From positions 1 through 64,000 of the forward strand of contig JAVJWO010000005.1 in assembly GCA_040222015.1 (NCBI GenBank): a DNA stretch of 64,000 nt, written 5' to 3'. Positions 1 to 9,211 of the stretch are shown here, piece by piece. Under the pieces are notes generated by a model that did not search any database, was not told the origin of the DNA, and worked only from the letters and a program-made list of their open reading frames with translations. This stretch comes from Coleofasciculus chthonoplastes F2-STO-03 (GTDB taxonomy: Bacteria > Cyanobacteriota > Cyanobacteriia > Cyanobacteriales > Coleofasciculaceae). Position 1 is the first letter of the stretch. The number at the start of each line of letters is the position of its first letter. The translations under genes and the position numbers were made by a program.

Positions 1-368
1 CATCAATATCTCCAAAGATAAAGTCTTATTGACATCCTTATTGACAGATGAAGACCACCGGATGAGGTATGGGATTAGCGAAGCGTTGCGCAGGGGGTAT
101 GGGGGAGGCGCTCGTCCCCCATCGGGGGGTCTGGGGGGCTGGTCCCCCAGAGACAAACTCCTATCTTTGACCCTATCTGTGACGAGAAAAAATGGGCTAA
201 AAGCAGGATAGCTCAACACAACAGAAAAGCTTGTCACCCCGTGAGGTTGCAACCCGATGTGACTAAACCCGCCCCGACTCAGGTTTATAGACTTCCCGTG
301 AAAAGTCAGAAGGTATATCAAGGGTGTTGGCGAACCCCAAATGCACGCTTTTCAGTGCGATTGATCCC

Positions 369-3041
369 TTAAATCGCCTCACCTAAAATGAGCTGTTGTC
401 GATGACTGTGTAATAACTGGAATTCCTGTTGCCCCACCTGCTCTACCATATAAATGATATCTTCAGGTCGCAGCAGAGTGCCGTCATTCCGACAACTGCC
501 AACATAGCGTAGCACGGCGGGTTGAGATGGGGCGTCTGTTTTCACCTCTATCAGTTCTAACTCAAATAAGCGATCGCGTAAATTCACTGACTTCTTTTTC
601 CCCGACTTGGTGCGCTTCTCTAACCAAATCGCCTCAGCCTGATTTACCGCCTTAACCCAATCTTGCCACTGTTGCAGCGACGCTGATCCCGCTTCGGCTA
701 CCACGTCAAGCCGATACTCCGCTTTTGCCAACAGTCGGGTTGTCGCCGGCATCTTTAAATCCGCTTCTTCAACCTTATACACCGGGATATCCGGCGGAAG
801 CTGATCCGCAAGCCGTTGCTGAAACTCCGCTACATCCATCGACTCGGTTAACTCGAAGTCAGCAATCTCGCCACTACTCGACATCCCTAATGACAACGCA
901 TTCGCGATCATAATCCGGGGTCCAGGATGATATCCGCCAGTAAAAGTAATCGGTAAGGATGCCCGTCTGACGGCACGGTCAAATAACCGGACTAAATCCA
1001 AATGACTGACTAATGTCATTTCACCCACCTTACCGTACCACACCCGCAACCGCTGCGCTTTGTGTTGATTTGGCTTAAAGTGACCTGTAAATTCGGGAAT
1101 TTGCGGCGGTTCAAAGACAATATTATGACCAAAATCCGTACCACAAATCCCACAGTGAGAACAGCCCTCAAAGGCGCAATCCGGTACAGTCGCCGCGTCT
1201 AGGGCGCGTTGTAAGTCTTCAATCAGCCAATTTTTATCAATCCCGGTATCAATATGATCCCAGGGTAAGGGAGAAAGGGTGTAGGGGCTCTTTTCACTAC
1301 TATCCTTTGCTTTATCCCCAGATGCAACTAAACCCGCCTCATCTAAGTGCGAGAGGGTTGAATCGTGAAACACATTCCATTCGCCGTTTTCGACTTGGCG
1401 ATATTTCCAGGTGAGATCAGATTCGGCGATCGCACCTTCCCAAGCCGCAAACGCTTTATCTAAACTTTCCCACCATGCATCCATTCCCGCACCCAATTCC
1501 CAAGCCCGACGCACCACCGCCCCTAAGCGTCTGTCACCCCGCCCCACAAAGTCTTCCATTGCCGAAATTCGCACATCGGTGTAATTGACTTTCACACCCT
1601 TAATCCGGCGAAAGGCATCGCGTAATAACTCTTGCTTACGGATAAACTCAGACGTAGACACCGAATGCCACTGAAACGGTGTATGCGGCTTGGGGGTAAA
1701 GTTAGAAATAGTAATATTAAAGCCAAACCGTTTACGCCCCGATGCCCGACATTCTTGCTGCAACCACTTCACCGTTTCAGCAATCCCGATCACATCCGCA
1801 TCAGTTTCACCGGGCAAGCCAATCATAAAGTAGAGTTTAACTTTATCCCATCCTTGCTCAAATGCTGTCTTCACACCCCGCAGCAATTCTTCGTTCGTCA
1901 ATCCCTTATTCACAATATCCCGCATCCGCTGGGTGCCGGCTTCTGGGGCGAAGGTTAAGCCGCTTTTGCGCGTACCGCCGATAATATTGGCAATGTTTTC
2001 ATCAAACCGATCCACCCGTTGGCTGGGGAGAGACAGGGAGATATTCTCATTTTTGAGACGATTCTTTACCTCTAATCCCACGGCGGGTAGGGATAGGTAA
2101 TCGGAACAGGAGAGGGAAAGCAGGGAGAACTCATTATATCCCGTCGCCCGCATCCCCTTTGCGATCGCATCCACGACTTTCTCCGGTTCCACATCTCTAG
2201 CAGGGCGGGTTAACATTCCCGGTTGACAAAAACGACACCCTCTGGTACAGCCGCGTCGAACTTCAATCGTCAGCCGATCATGGACGGTTTCGATATAGGG
2301 TACGAGTCCAATAGAATACTCTGGTATTGGTGTAGCGACTCGCCGCAAAATCCGCGCTGGCACATCAGGGCGATTGGGATGAACTGAACCATCCTCTGCC
2401 ATATCGTAGAATTGTGGCACATAAACCCCCGGAATCTGTGCCAAGTCTAAGAGTAATTCTTGGCGAGTTAATCCGGCGGCTTTGCCTTCTTCAATAATTA
2501 AACCCATTTCGGGGAGCAATTCTTCCCCATCCCCCAGCGCCACAACGTCTAAAAAGTCGGCGTAAGGTTCTGGGTTGGATGTCGCGGTTTGTCCGCCCGC
2601 AAAAATTAGGGGAATGTCGCTGATGCTATAATTTGCCCGTTCTTGCCAAGTGAGGGGAATTCCGGCTAACGAGAGCATTTCCAGGATATTCGTCGCCCCA
2701 AGTTCATAGCTGAGGCTGAATCCCAGGATATCAAAATCTGTGAGCGATCGCCGATTTTCGACTGTAAATAAAGGTGTCTGAGTGTCCCGCAATTTCGTGG
2801 CTAAATCTGGCGCGGGTAAATACGCGCGATCGCAAAGTTGTCGAGGTTGAGTGTTTAGGATGTTGTAGAGAATAATATGCCCTAAATTAGATGCACCCAC
2901 TTCATAGATTTCTGGGTAGGTTAATACCCAGCGCACCTTAGCCGTGTCCCAGGGTTTATGGACAGCGCCTAACTCGTTTCCCAGGTAGCGGGCTGGCTTG
3001 ATGATGTCTTTGGTCAGTAGTTTCTCTGGTGCGATCGTCAT
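369..3041 (-). CDS. B12-binding-type radical SAM protein (TIGR03960-like) fused to a C-terminal radical SAM-linked domain (TIGR03936/DUF2344-like)
   Basis: 890-aa ORF. KPARYLGNE N-terminus, CxxxCxxC (CTRGCRFC), SGLTFAPEAG motif, and C-terminal SHLDLVRLFDRAVRRA..GGYHPGPR. Confidence 0.9.
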   Translation of the reverse strand: MTIAPEKLLTKDIIKPARYLGNELGAVHKPWDTAKVRWVLTYPEIYEVGASNLGHIILYNILNTQPRQLCDRAYLPAPDLATKLRDTQTPLFTVENRRSLTDFDILGFSLSYELGATNILEMLSLAGIPLTWQERANYSISDIPLIFAGGQTATSNPEPYADFLDVVALGDGEELLPEMGLIIEEGKAAGLTRQELLLDLAQIPGVYVPQFYDMAEDGSVHPNRPDVPARILRRVATPIPEYSIGLVPYIETVHDRLTIEVRRGCTRGCRFCQPGMLTRPARDVEPEKVVDAIAKGMRATGYNEFSLLSLSCSDYLSLPAVGLEVKNRLKNENISLSLPSQRVDRFDENIANIIGGTRKSGLTFAPEAGTQRMRDIVNKGLTNEELLRGVKTAFEQGWDKVKLYFMIGLPGETDADVIGIAETVKWLQQECRASGRKRFGFNITISNFTPKPHTPFQWHSVSTSEFIRKQELLRDAFRRIKGVKVNYTDVRISAMEDFVGRGDRRLGAVVRRAWELGAGMDAWWESLDKAFAAWEGAIAESDLTWKYRQVENGEWNVFHDSTLSHLDEAGLVASGDKAKDSSEKSPYTLSPLPWDHIDTGIDKNWLIEDLQRALDAATVPDCAFEGCSHCGICGTDFGHNIVFEPPQIPEFTGHFKPNQHKAQRLRVWYGKVGEMTLVSHLDLVRLFDRAVRRASLPITFTGGYHPGPRIMIANALSLGMSSSGEIADFELTESMDVAEFQQRLADQLPPDIPVYKVEEADLKMPATTRLLAKAEYRLDVVAEAGSASLQQWQDWVKAVNQAEAIWLEKRTKSGKKKSVNLRDRLFELELIEVKTDAPSQPAVLRYVGSCRNDGTLLRPEDIIYMVEQVGQQEFQLLHSHRQQLILGEAI

Positions 3042-3298
3042 GACAACCTTGCCCCTCTGAATCGAGTTCGGTTAACCCTTACAACTCATCTATCTTACAG
3101 AAGACTAGCAATAATGCCCAATCGTCACTCGACAATAGTCCTGTGACTGTCTCCAATAAGAACAAATGAATCCGTCAGGGAAGTGTACAATTCACCGACT
3201 TTATGATATTGTTCTAGTCTCTCAATATCAGGGACATCTGCTTGACAGCTTTATCACGGTACACTACTGAGCGTTTGAGCTAGCTAATGCCAAGCCGA

Positions 3299-3673
3299 TC
3301 AAGCATAAACCATTGTCCGTCTTGGGCTGTCTTCTTTAGCTGTCAAGGTTGCCAAGAAATCATCATAACTTTCAAAGATTTCCATGGCTTGATCCAGTTG
3401 AGTTAGCTCAAAAATCATCCGCACCGAATCCCCCATACCGCAAAGGCTAAAGCGCTGGTTTCGCCGTTGCGCTAAACGCAACGCTGATACCAATACACCC
3501 AAGCCATCACTGTCAAGGGTTTCTACCTGCTGCATATCCACCAGCACTGTCGAATAGCGATCCGACAAAATAGCCGATTTCAGTTGGTGATCCAATTCAA
3601 CCGCATTAGAGGCATTAACCTGACCTGTTGGTCTAACGATTGATAATTTGGAGTCTAAAGTCGCGATTGCCAT
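3299..3673 (-). CDS. STAS-domain anti-sigma factor antagonist
   Basis: 124 aa with VLVDMQQVETLDSDGLGVL and VRMIFELTQLD motifs typical of SpoIIAA/RsbV. Confidence 0.9.
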   Translation of the reverse strand: MAIATLDSKLSIVRPTGQVNASNAVELDHQLKSAILSDRYSTVLVDMQQVETLDSDGLGVLVSALRLAQRRNQRFSLCGMGDSVRMIFELTQLDQAMEIFESYDDFLATLTAKEDSPRRTMVYA

Positions 3674-3849
3674 AGCTCACTCCTTAGATTTGTATAGGTT
3701 AAGACATTGGATTAGAGAATCCACCTAAAGATAGCGCGTCACTTCTCAAAGTTGCTACAATTTCTGCCTTAACAACGGGTTAAGGTTTTCTAGTGTGGGG
3801 TTTTACTTTCTTCAGTTTTTTAGTGTTCCGTAAAAAAAACATGAATCTT

Positions 3850-3864
3850 TGTAACCTAATATAC
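3850..3864. promoter_or_regulatory. Possible NtcA box (GTA-N8-TAC) in a divergent intergenic region
   Basis: TGTAACCTAATATAC matches GTAN8TAC. No canonically spaced -10 element was found. Confidence 0.25.
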
Positions 3865-4282
3865 TGAATATGAACACTTAGCCAAGGAAGCAATAGTCCA
3901 CCGTTTAGGCTTTACTCAAAGTTTATCCTTAACGCCAGTTCTCTTACATCTATAATAATTAATAGCTTATCTGGGGAATCTTTCTTCAGGTAGAGAATAA
4001 AACGAATCATTTTTTATAGATTATTATATTTCTTTAACGATTTTTAGTAAATCAAATCGGTGAAACTCTTAGCCGGAGAGGGGTTACCTGCGATAGACTG
4101 TCGGAAGGCATGCTTTTTCGTTGATTGGGGCAAGGTGTCTACCTAGCTATCAAGGAAATTAATAAAACTATTTTCGCTAAATAACAGTGATATAGATCAC
4201 AAAAAATAATGATTAGAATCACGCTCTCATCTAGTAATTCCCCAGAGAATTGCTATAGTATGGAATTCTGTGCAATAAGAGA

Positions 4283-4477
4283 GTGAAAACCACCTACGTT
4301 ATCCGCCATTTGGTTGAAAGAGCGCTTTATATCAGGCAACTAACTCCTGATATAGAGAATGAAATTAACTATGAATTAACTCGCTTAGGATATATTTCCG
4401 ATGCCGATTACGAAGCCCTTGAATTATTAATGGCTGAGATGGATGCGGGTAGAATCCGGTTAGTTCCTAGTGTTTAG
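4283..4477 (+). CDS. Small cyanobacterial hypothetical protein
   Basis: 64 aa, GTG start after AAGAGA. The pattern IRHLVERAL..LTPDIE..DYEALELLM..GRI resembles a common small cyanobacterial family. Confidence 0.65.
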   Translation: MKTTYVIRHLVERALYIRQLTPDIENEINYELTRLGYISDADYEALELLMAEMDAGRIRLVPSV

Positions 4478-4547
4478 AGTGTTACGTTAATCATCACCAG
4501 CTAGACGGGAAATTTTTGTAAGTGCCAAAAGCCAATTTTGGATTACC

Positions 4548-4949
4548 TTATAGAGTTGATTTCAGGGATGACTCAAACTCATGAGGATAGGTTTGCCAAA
4601 CTTCAGCAATGAAATCAGCAAGTTGATGGCGAGTATCAGAATTATCTTTTGGGTGGCGATGTAAGTCTTCCAGTTGTGCCAATATAGGAATGACCTCCGT
4701 ATCCCAAACCAGTCGCAAAAACTTTGTGGGCCAAAGTACGTCAGGTCCTTGACGCAAATCATACAATCTCAGAGATTGGGGTGTAACTTGGTTTATATCT
4801 TCATTCTCGATTGGGGTTACAGCTAGCATCAAAGGGCGCAACCAGCAAATCTGCCGCCATTCGACGACTTCTATCACCTCAGCATATAAATGGCGGTTTG
4901 CGTGTTCTAAACAAATAATCTGGTGAGGCTGAAAATTAATCTTCGTCAT
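4548..4949 (-). CDS. Cyanobacterial hypothetical protein
   Basis: 133 aa with LYAEVIEVV..CWLRPLML and LYDLRQGPDVLWP motifs. The start is uncertain because it lies in heptamer repeats. Confidence 0.65.
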   Translation of the reverse strand: MTKINFQPHQIICLEHANRHLYAEVIEVVEWRQICWLRPLMLAVTPIENEDINQVTPQSLRLYDLRQGPDVLWPTKFLRLVWDTEVIPILAQLEDLHRHPKDNSDTRHQLADFIAEVWQTYPHEFESSLKSTL

Positions 4950-5344
4950 TCGTCATTTGCCATACTCGCTTCGCTTCAAACACACTACGTTTAGTAAAGG
5001 TTTGAGGCTTATTAACATTTCACTCTACATTGCTAGTGTAGTACAAGTTTTGGATAGAGTTGTATAACTTATCGGTTATGTATCGAAGCGCTTCGCAACT
5101 TTTTCAGTTTTGGAGAAAATCAACGTAAAATCAAGGCTTACAAGTGTTGATTGGGTAAACTCCATGCCATAGAGTCGGAGCTGTAGAGGTTTTCACGTAC
5201 TGTTTAATTGGTTAAGGCTAGAGTTTTTAGCCCAAATCCATGTAGCTTTAGGTCTGGTCGAATAAGTTTAATCGATTTGAGTAGAAAACATTACGTTCCG
5301 TACCCAAATTGGCAAGCCTGTGCTAGCTTAATCATTGAGAATGT

Positions 5345-5453
5345 GTTCGGTTTCAGTGTTTGTGTTTAGTACAGATTGGCTTTTTTCCTTTCGACTTGAC
5401 AGACTTGTCTCCGATACCCTCATCTTTATACAACTTTGAGTTTGGAGACAATC
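5345..5453 (+). promoter_or_regulatory. Conserved rbp 5' UTR boxes
   Basis: TTCGG..., TTTGTGTTTAGT, TCTCCGA and TTTGGAGAC-N4-ATGTCAATTTA resemble the boxes described upstream of cyanobacterial rbp genes. GTCTCC is complementary to the RBS GGAGAC. Confidence 0.6.
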
Positions 5454-5741
5454 ATGTCAATTTACGTAGGCAACCTATCCTACGACGTTACGGCAGAAGA
5501 CCTGAGTGCTGTCTTTGCAGACTATGGTGCTGTCAAGCGGGTGCAGTTACCCACTGATCGTGAAACCGGACGTCCTCGGGGTTTTGGTTTTGTAGAGATG
5601 GAAACAGACGATGAAGAAACAGCCGCGATTGAGGCACTCGATGGGGCTGAATGGATGGGGCGCAATATGAAGGTGAATAAAGCCAGACCTCGCGAAAACA
5701 GAGGGGGGAACCGCAAAAACGGTAACTTTTCGCGTCGTTAA
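5454..5741 (+). CDS. rbp: RRM RNA-binding protein (Rbp family)
   Basis: [10 protein letters not shown] (RNP2) and RGFGFVEM (RNP1). The true start is ATG 5454, after the GGAG RBS. Confidence 0.95.
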   Translation: MSIYVGNLSYDVTAEDLSAVFADYGAVKRVQLPTDRETGRPRGFGFVEMETDDEETAAIEALDGAEWMGRNMKVNKARPRENRGGNRKNGNFSRR

Positions 5742-5765
5742 TAATTCTAATTGGCTCAATTCATG

Positions 5766-5797
5766 AACCCTAACCTACTTCGTTGAGGTTAGGGTTT
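5766..5797 (+). terminator. Hairpin terminator after rbp
   Basis: AACCCTAACCT-9 nt-AGGTTAGGGTT, a perfect 11-bp stem. Confidence 0.75.
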
Positions 5798-5871
5798 GGC
5801 AGAGGGAACCTTTGACTCAATTCTTGCCGCACAATTAGTAGGTCTGGTTAGAATTAGAAAAGAGCCGGGAA

Positions 5872-6802
5872 GTCAACTGCCCCACCCACAAGGGGATGGG
5901 GCTTGTAACTAGGCGAGATTACTCTCGCCCGAAACATAGGGCGCATTGACTGACGCCTGCTCTTGCGTCCCAGGCTGGGTACAAGAGAGAATGTAATCGT
6001 CTCGGACATTAAGAGCAGCATTAAGGTCAGCGTGAGTCTGATAGCCACAATTGTGACAACAGAAGCGAGACTTGTGACGATTTGTTCGCCTGATGTGTTT
6101 GCAGACATTGCACTTTTGAGAGGTATAGCGAGGGTCTTGATGGACGAGGAGCTTACCCAACGCTTCTGCTTTGTAGGTTAAGAACTGCTCTTGCTGATAG
6201 AATGCCCAACTCCCCAGCCACTTATTCATCTTCTTGCCCCGTCGCCGATTGCGAATACTGGACAAGTCTTCAAGTACAAAAACTGCTATTTCTGGCTGGT
6301 TCGCTAGCTTCTTACTCACACAATGATTCGTGTCCTTCATGAACCGCTTCTCGCGTCCCGACATCGCTTTTAATCGACGCTTGGCGCTACGAGTGCCTTT
6401 TTGTTGGAGCTGACTACGATTGTATAAGTAGCGTCTTTGTACACCCCTGATGTTAGATGAGCTAAAAAATTGACCGTCAGAGGTAACAGCCTGATGATAC
6501 AAACCTCGGTCAATTCCTTGTATTTTTCCTTTCACCTGTGGAGGGTCAACCGTTTCAAATACTAACCTTACCCAAAATTGTTTGTTGTGTTTTGAGTAAG
6601 TTAGGGATGGAGACGGTGCGCTTCACAGTTTTACCTCTTACATCCTTGGTCTACTTAGATTAGCACAAAAAGTTATATGTTTTGACAGAGGCTAACTGTC
6701 ACCCCGATAGATTATTGGCATGGGAGCGGGGTATTGAACCCCGTCGCCTGCGGAGCCTCTCATCCCCACCTACAAGGGGATGGGGTTTTCTCGGCGATTT
6801 TT
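5872..6802 (-). mobile_element. IS200/IS605-family tnpB-only element, internally deleted
   Basis: Near-identical subterminal hairpins at both ends: CCCCACCCACAAGGGGATGGGG (~5880) and CCCCACCTACAAGGGGATGGGG (~6764). On the minus strand the left end follows TTTAT and the right end terminates ..GCAGTTGAC. No tnpA is present. Confidence 0.85.
5909..6626 (-). pseudogene. tnpB: tnpB with an internal deletion and frameshift
   Basis: GTG 6626 reads MKRTVSIP and then joins out of frame to LTYSKHNKQFWVRLVF..GIDRG. The RuvC D/E/D residues (GIDRG, LEDL, HADLNA) and the zinc finger (CNVC, CHNC) are retained. Confidence 0.85.
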
Positions 6803-6943
6803 ATAAATTTCCGGCTCAAAGCAAAAGGGAAGAATCGAGCTTAATAAATTTATTCAATTCAACTTCAATGGCACGGAAATCAGCATTTTAGAATCGCCGA
6901 AACTTGATAGACCGTAGGGTGGGCAATGCCCACCGGGAGCATA

Positions 6944-9007
6944 TCAGTGAATCGCTGCGGCTGGTGGCAGGACGAGTTTGGGTGCTCTCTTGACGCTAGA
7001 ACCATTAGAAGGCTTTTCCCCTTGACTTTGAGTCTCCTGAAGTAAAACTTCCCGAATTAATCGTGCCATCACCCGTTGGGCTAAACCGCCAGCAATTTTT
7101 TGTCCCATTTGCTGAGTTTCTGGCTTCATCAAAAATTGGGGAACGAGGGGAGCAAGTTGGAAGGGATCGAAACCGGGCGTATCTTGCAGAATTTGCCAAA
7201 TTCGTTTGATATGCTCTGCACTTTGCGGCAGTTCTACGACTTTGCTAGTGGATGCCGTTTTTTGCTGTAATCCCACTCGTTGGCGCAGAGACTCAGTCAC
7301 ATTATCAAAGGTTTTACGTCCAAACATATCTACAGCTTTGACAATTTCCTCGATCAATTGTTCCCGAATCAAAACACCGCGTTCTGAGAATAAAAATTCT
7401 AACGTTTGATTTAAAACCTTATTCAAATCGTAATCTTGAGAATTGGCGGCATTCCGCAATAAATTTTCCAGACGATTCCAGCGAAAATTGCCATCTTTGA
7501 CGAGTAAGTCTTTTAAAGAAGCGCGTAATTGTGGGGAAGAATCTGTTAATAAACGCTTCGCCACATAAGGATAAGCTTTACTGAGAACCTTGAAGTTCGG
7601 ATCAACATTAATCGCAATCCCTTCCAATGTGACCAAGGAACGAATAATTAGGGCATAGTAGGCTGGAACTCGAAATGGATATTCATACATGACTTCCGAG
7701 AGTTGGTCAGTGATACTTTTGAAATTGAGTTCGGCAACACTAGCGCCTAAGGCATTGCTAAAAACATTAGCAAGCGCTGGAATAATTGGGGTTAAATCCG
7801 TATCTTCCGACAGAAACTCTAAGTTCACATAGTCATGGGCTAAACCCGCGAAGTCCCGGTTGACTAAATGAACAACCGCCTCAATCAACCCATAACGCTG
7901 ATAGGGTTTGACTTCGCTCATCATCCCGAAATCCAGATAAGCCAGCTTGCCTTCCGGCGTGGCTAGTAAATTTCCGGGGTGGGGATCAGCATGGAAAAAT
8001 CCATGTTCCAATAGTTGACGTAGTGAACATTGCACGCCAACTTCAATTAAATACTTGGCGTCAATTCCTTGAGCCTTAATCGCTTCCAGATTAGTCAGTT
8101 TAGTACCACTGACCCACTCCATTGTCAAGACACGCCGTCCTGTATATTGCCAGTAAATTTTGGGTACATATATATCCTGAAGGTGACCGTAAAGACTGGC
8201 AAAGCGTTCAGCATTACACCCTTCTTGGGTATAATCCATTTCTTCAAAGATGCGGGTACCAAACTCATCCATAATTGCCACCAAGTCACTCCGCACTTGC
8301 TTGACATTGTTTTGTATCCACTGAGCTAAGCGGCGTAAAATATAAACGTCTAAGGCAATGCGCCGTGCTAAACCTGGTCGCTGCACTTTTACGGCAACGG
8401 TTTCCCCTGTTTTGAGTTTCCCTTTGTAAACTTGTCCCAGGGAGGCAGCGGCGACAGGTGATGAGGTCAGTTCGGCATAAATTTCTTCGGGGCGATCGCC
8501 TAGTTCTTCTTCGATAAATCGAAAAGCGACTTCATTGGGGAAGGGAGGGAGTTGATCTTGTAGCAACGCCAACTCTTCTAAGTAGAGGGGTGGTACTAAG
8601 TCAGGTCGCGTCGAAAGTGCTTGCCCGACCTTAATATACGCAGGTCCTAGTTGGGTTAAGAGTTCCCGCAACTGAATCGCTCGCCGCCGTTCTTTGATCT
8701 GTCGGCGACCTCGTATCCGATCCCACCATAAGCCTAGGGCAAAGGCAGCTGTGGGTAAAGTAATCCTGAGTAGCCGTCCTAAGACTTGTAGCGGTGCCCG
8801 TCCATATTGAGCTTCAATCGCTACTGGATCATAGCGCAGGGTTTCTGTTCGGTTTTCCGAACACTCCTGTGGTAACGCTGATACCGGGGATGGCGTCTGT
8901 TCATACTCAACCACAATTGGCTCAGGGGGTAAGGGTTCCACTGAAGGATTGAGTTCGGCTATTGAATCTCGCTGGGGGGAGGATGGGGAAATTGTTTTAA
9001 GATTCAT
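6944..9007 (-). CDS. ABC1/AarF/UbiB atypical kinase
   Basis: LGPAYIKVGQALSTRPDL, AAASLGQVYK, VAVKVQRP, FFHADPHPGN and LDFGMM motifs. Confidence 0.95.
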   Translation of the reverse strand: MNLKTISPSSPQRDSIAELNPSVEPLPPEPIVVEYEQTPSPVSALPQECSENRTETLRYDPVAIEAQYGRAPLQVLGRLLRITLPTAAFALGLWWDRIRGRRQIKERRRAIQLRELLTQLGPAYIKVGQALSTRPDLVPPLYLEELALLQDQLPPFPNEVAFRFIEEELGDRPEEIYAELTSSPVAAASLGQVYKGKLKTGETVAVKVQRPGLARRIALDVYILRRLAQWIQNNVKQVRSDLVAIMDEFGTRIFEEMDYTQEGCNAERFASLYGHLQDIYVPKIYWQYTGRRVLTMEWVSGTKLTNLEAIKAQGIDAKYLIEVGVQCSLRQLLEHGFFHADPHPGNLLATPEGKLAYLDFGMMSEVKPYQRYGLIEAVVHLVNRDFAGLAHDYVNLEFLSEDTDLTPIIPALANVFSNALGASVAELNFKSITDQLSEVMYEYPFRVPAYYALIIRSLVTLEGIAINVDPNFKVLSKAYPYVAKRLLTDSSPQLRASLKDLLVKDGNFRWNRLENLLRNAANSQDYDLNKVLNQTLEFLFSERGVLIREQLIEEIVKAVDMFGRKTFDNVTESLRQRVGLQQKTASTSKVVELPQSAEHIKRIWQILQDTPGFDPFQLAPLVPQFLMKPETQQMGQKIAGGLAQRVMARLIREVLLQETQSQGEKPSNGSSVKRAPKLVLPPAAAIH

Positions 9008-9211
9008 ATTTATTTATGATTCACCAATAGGAGCAACTCTGTAAAGAATTGTAACAAAAAAATGATTGAGATACCACGCTATTCAGTTTATCCTGATCAG
9101 GACTCATGGTTAAGCGACAAGGTTGGCTCGATCTGCACGGTAGTATCCACTTATAACGTATGACTTATTTCGTCTTTTAACCGCTTTCCCTAACTATTGG
9201 ATGAAAATGTT

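Noticed and set aside
29..211. 60-aa ORF at the window start
   Set aside because: It is composed largely of a G/C-run palindromic repeat and has no protein-like signal.
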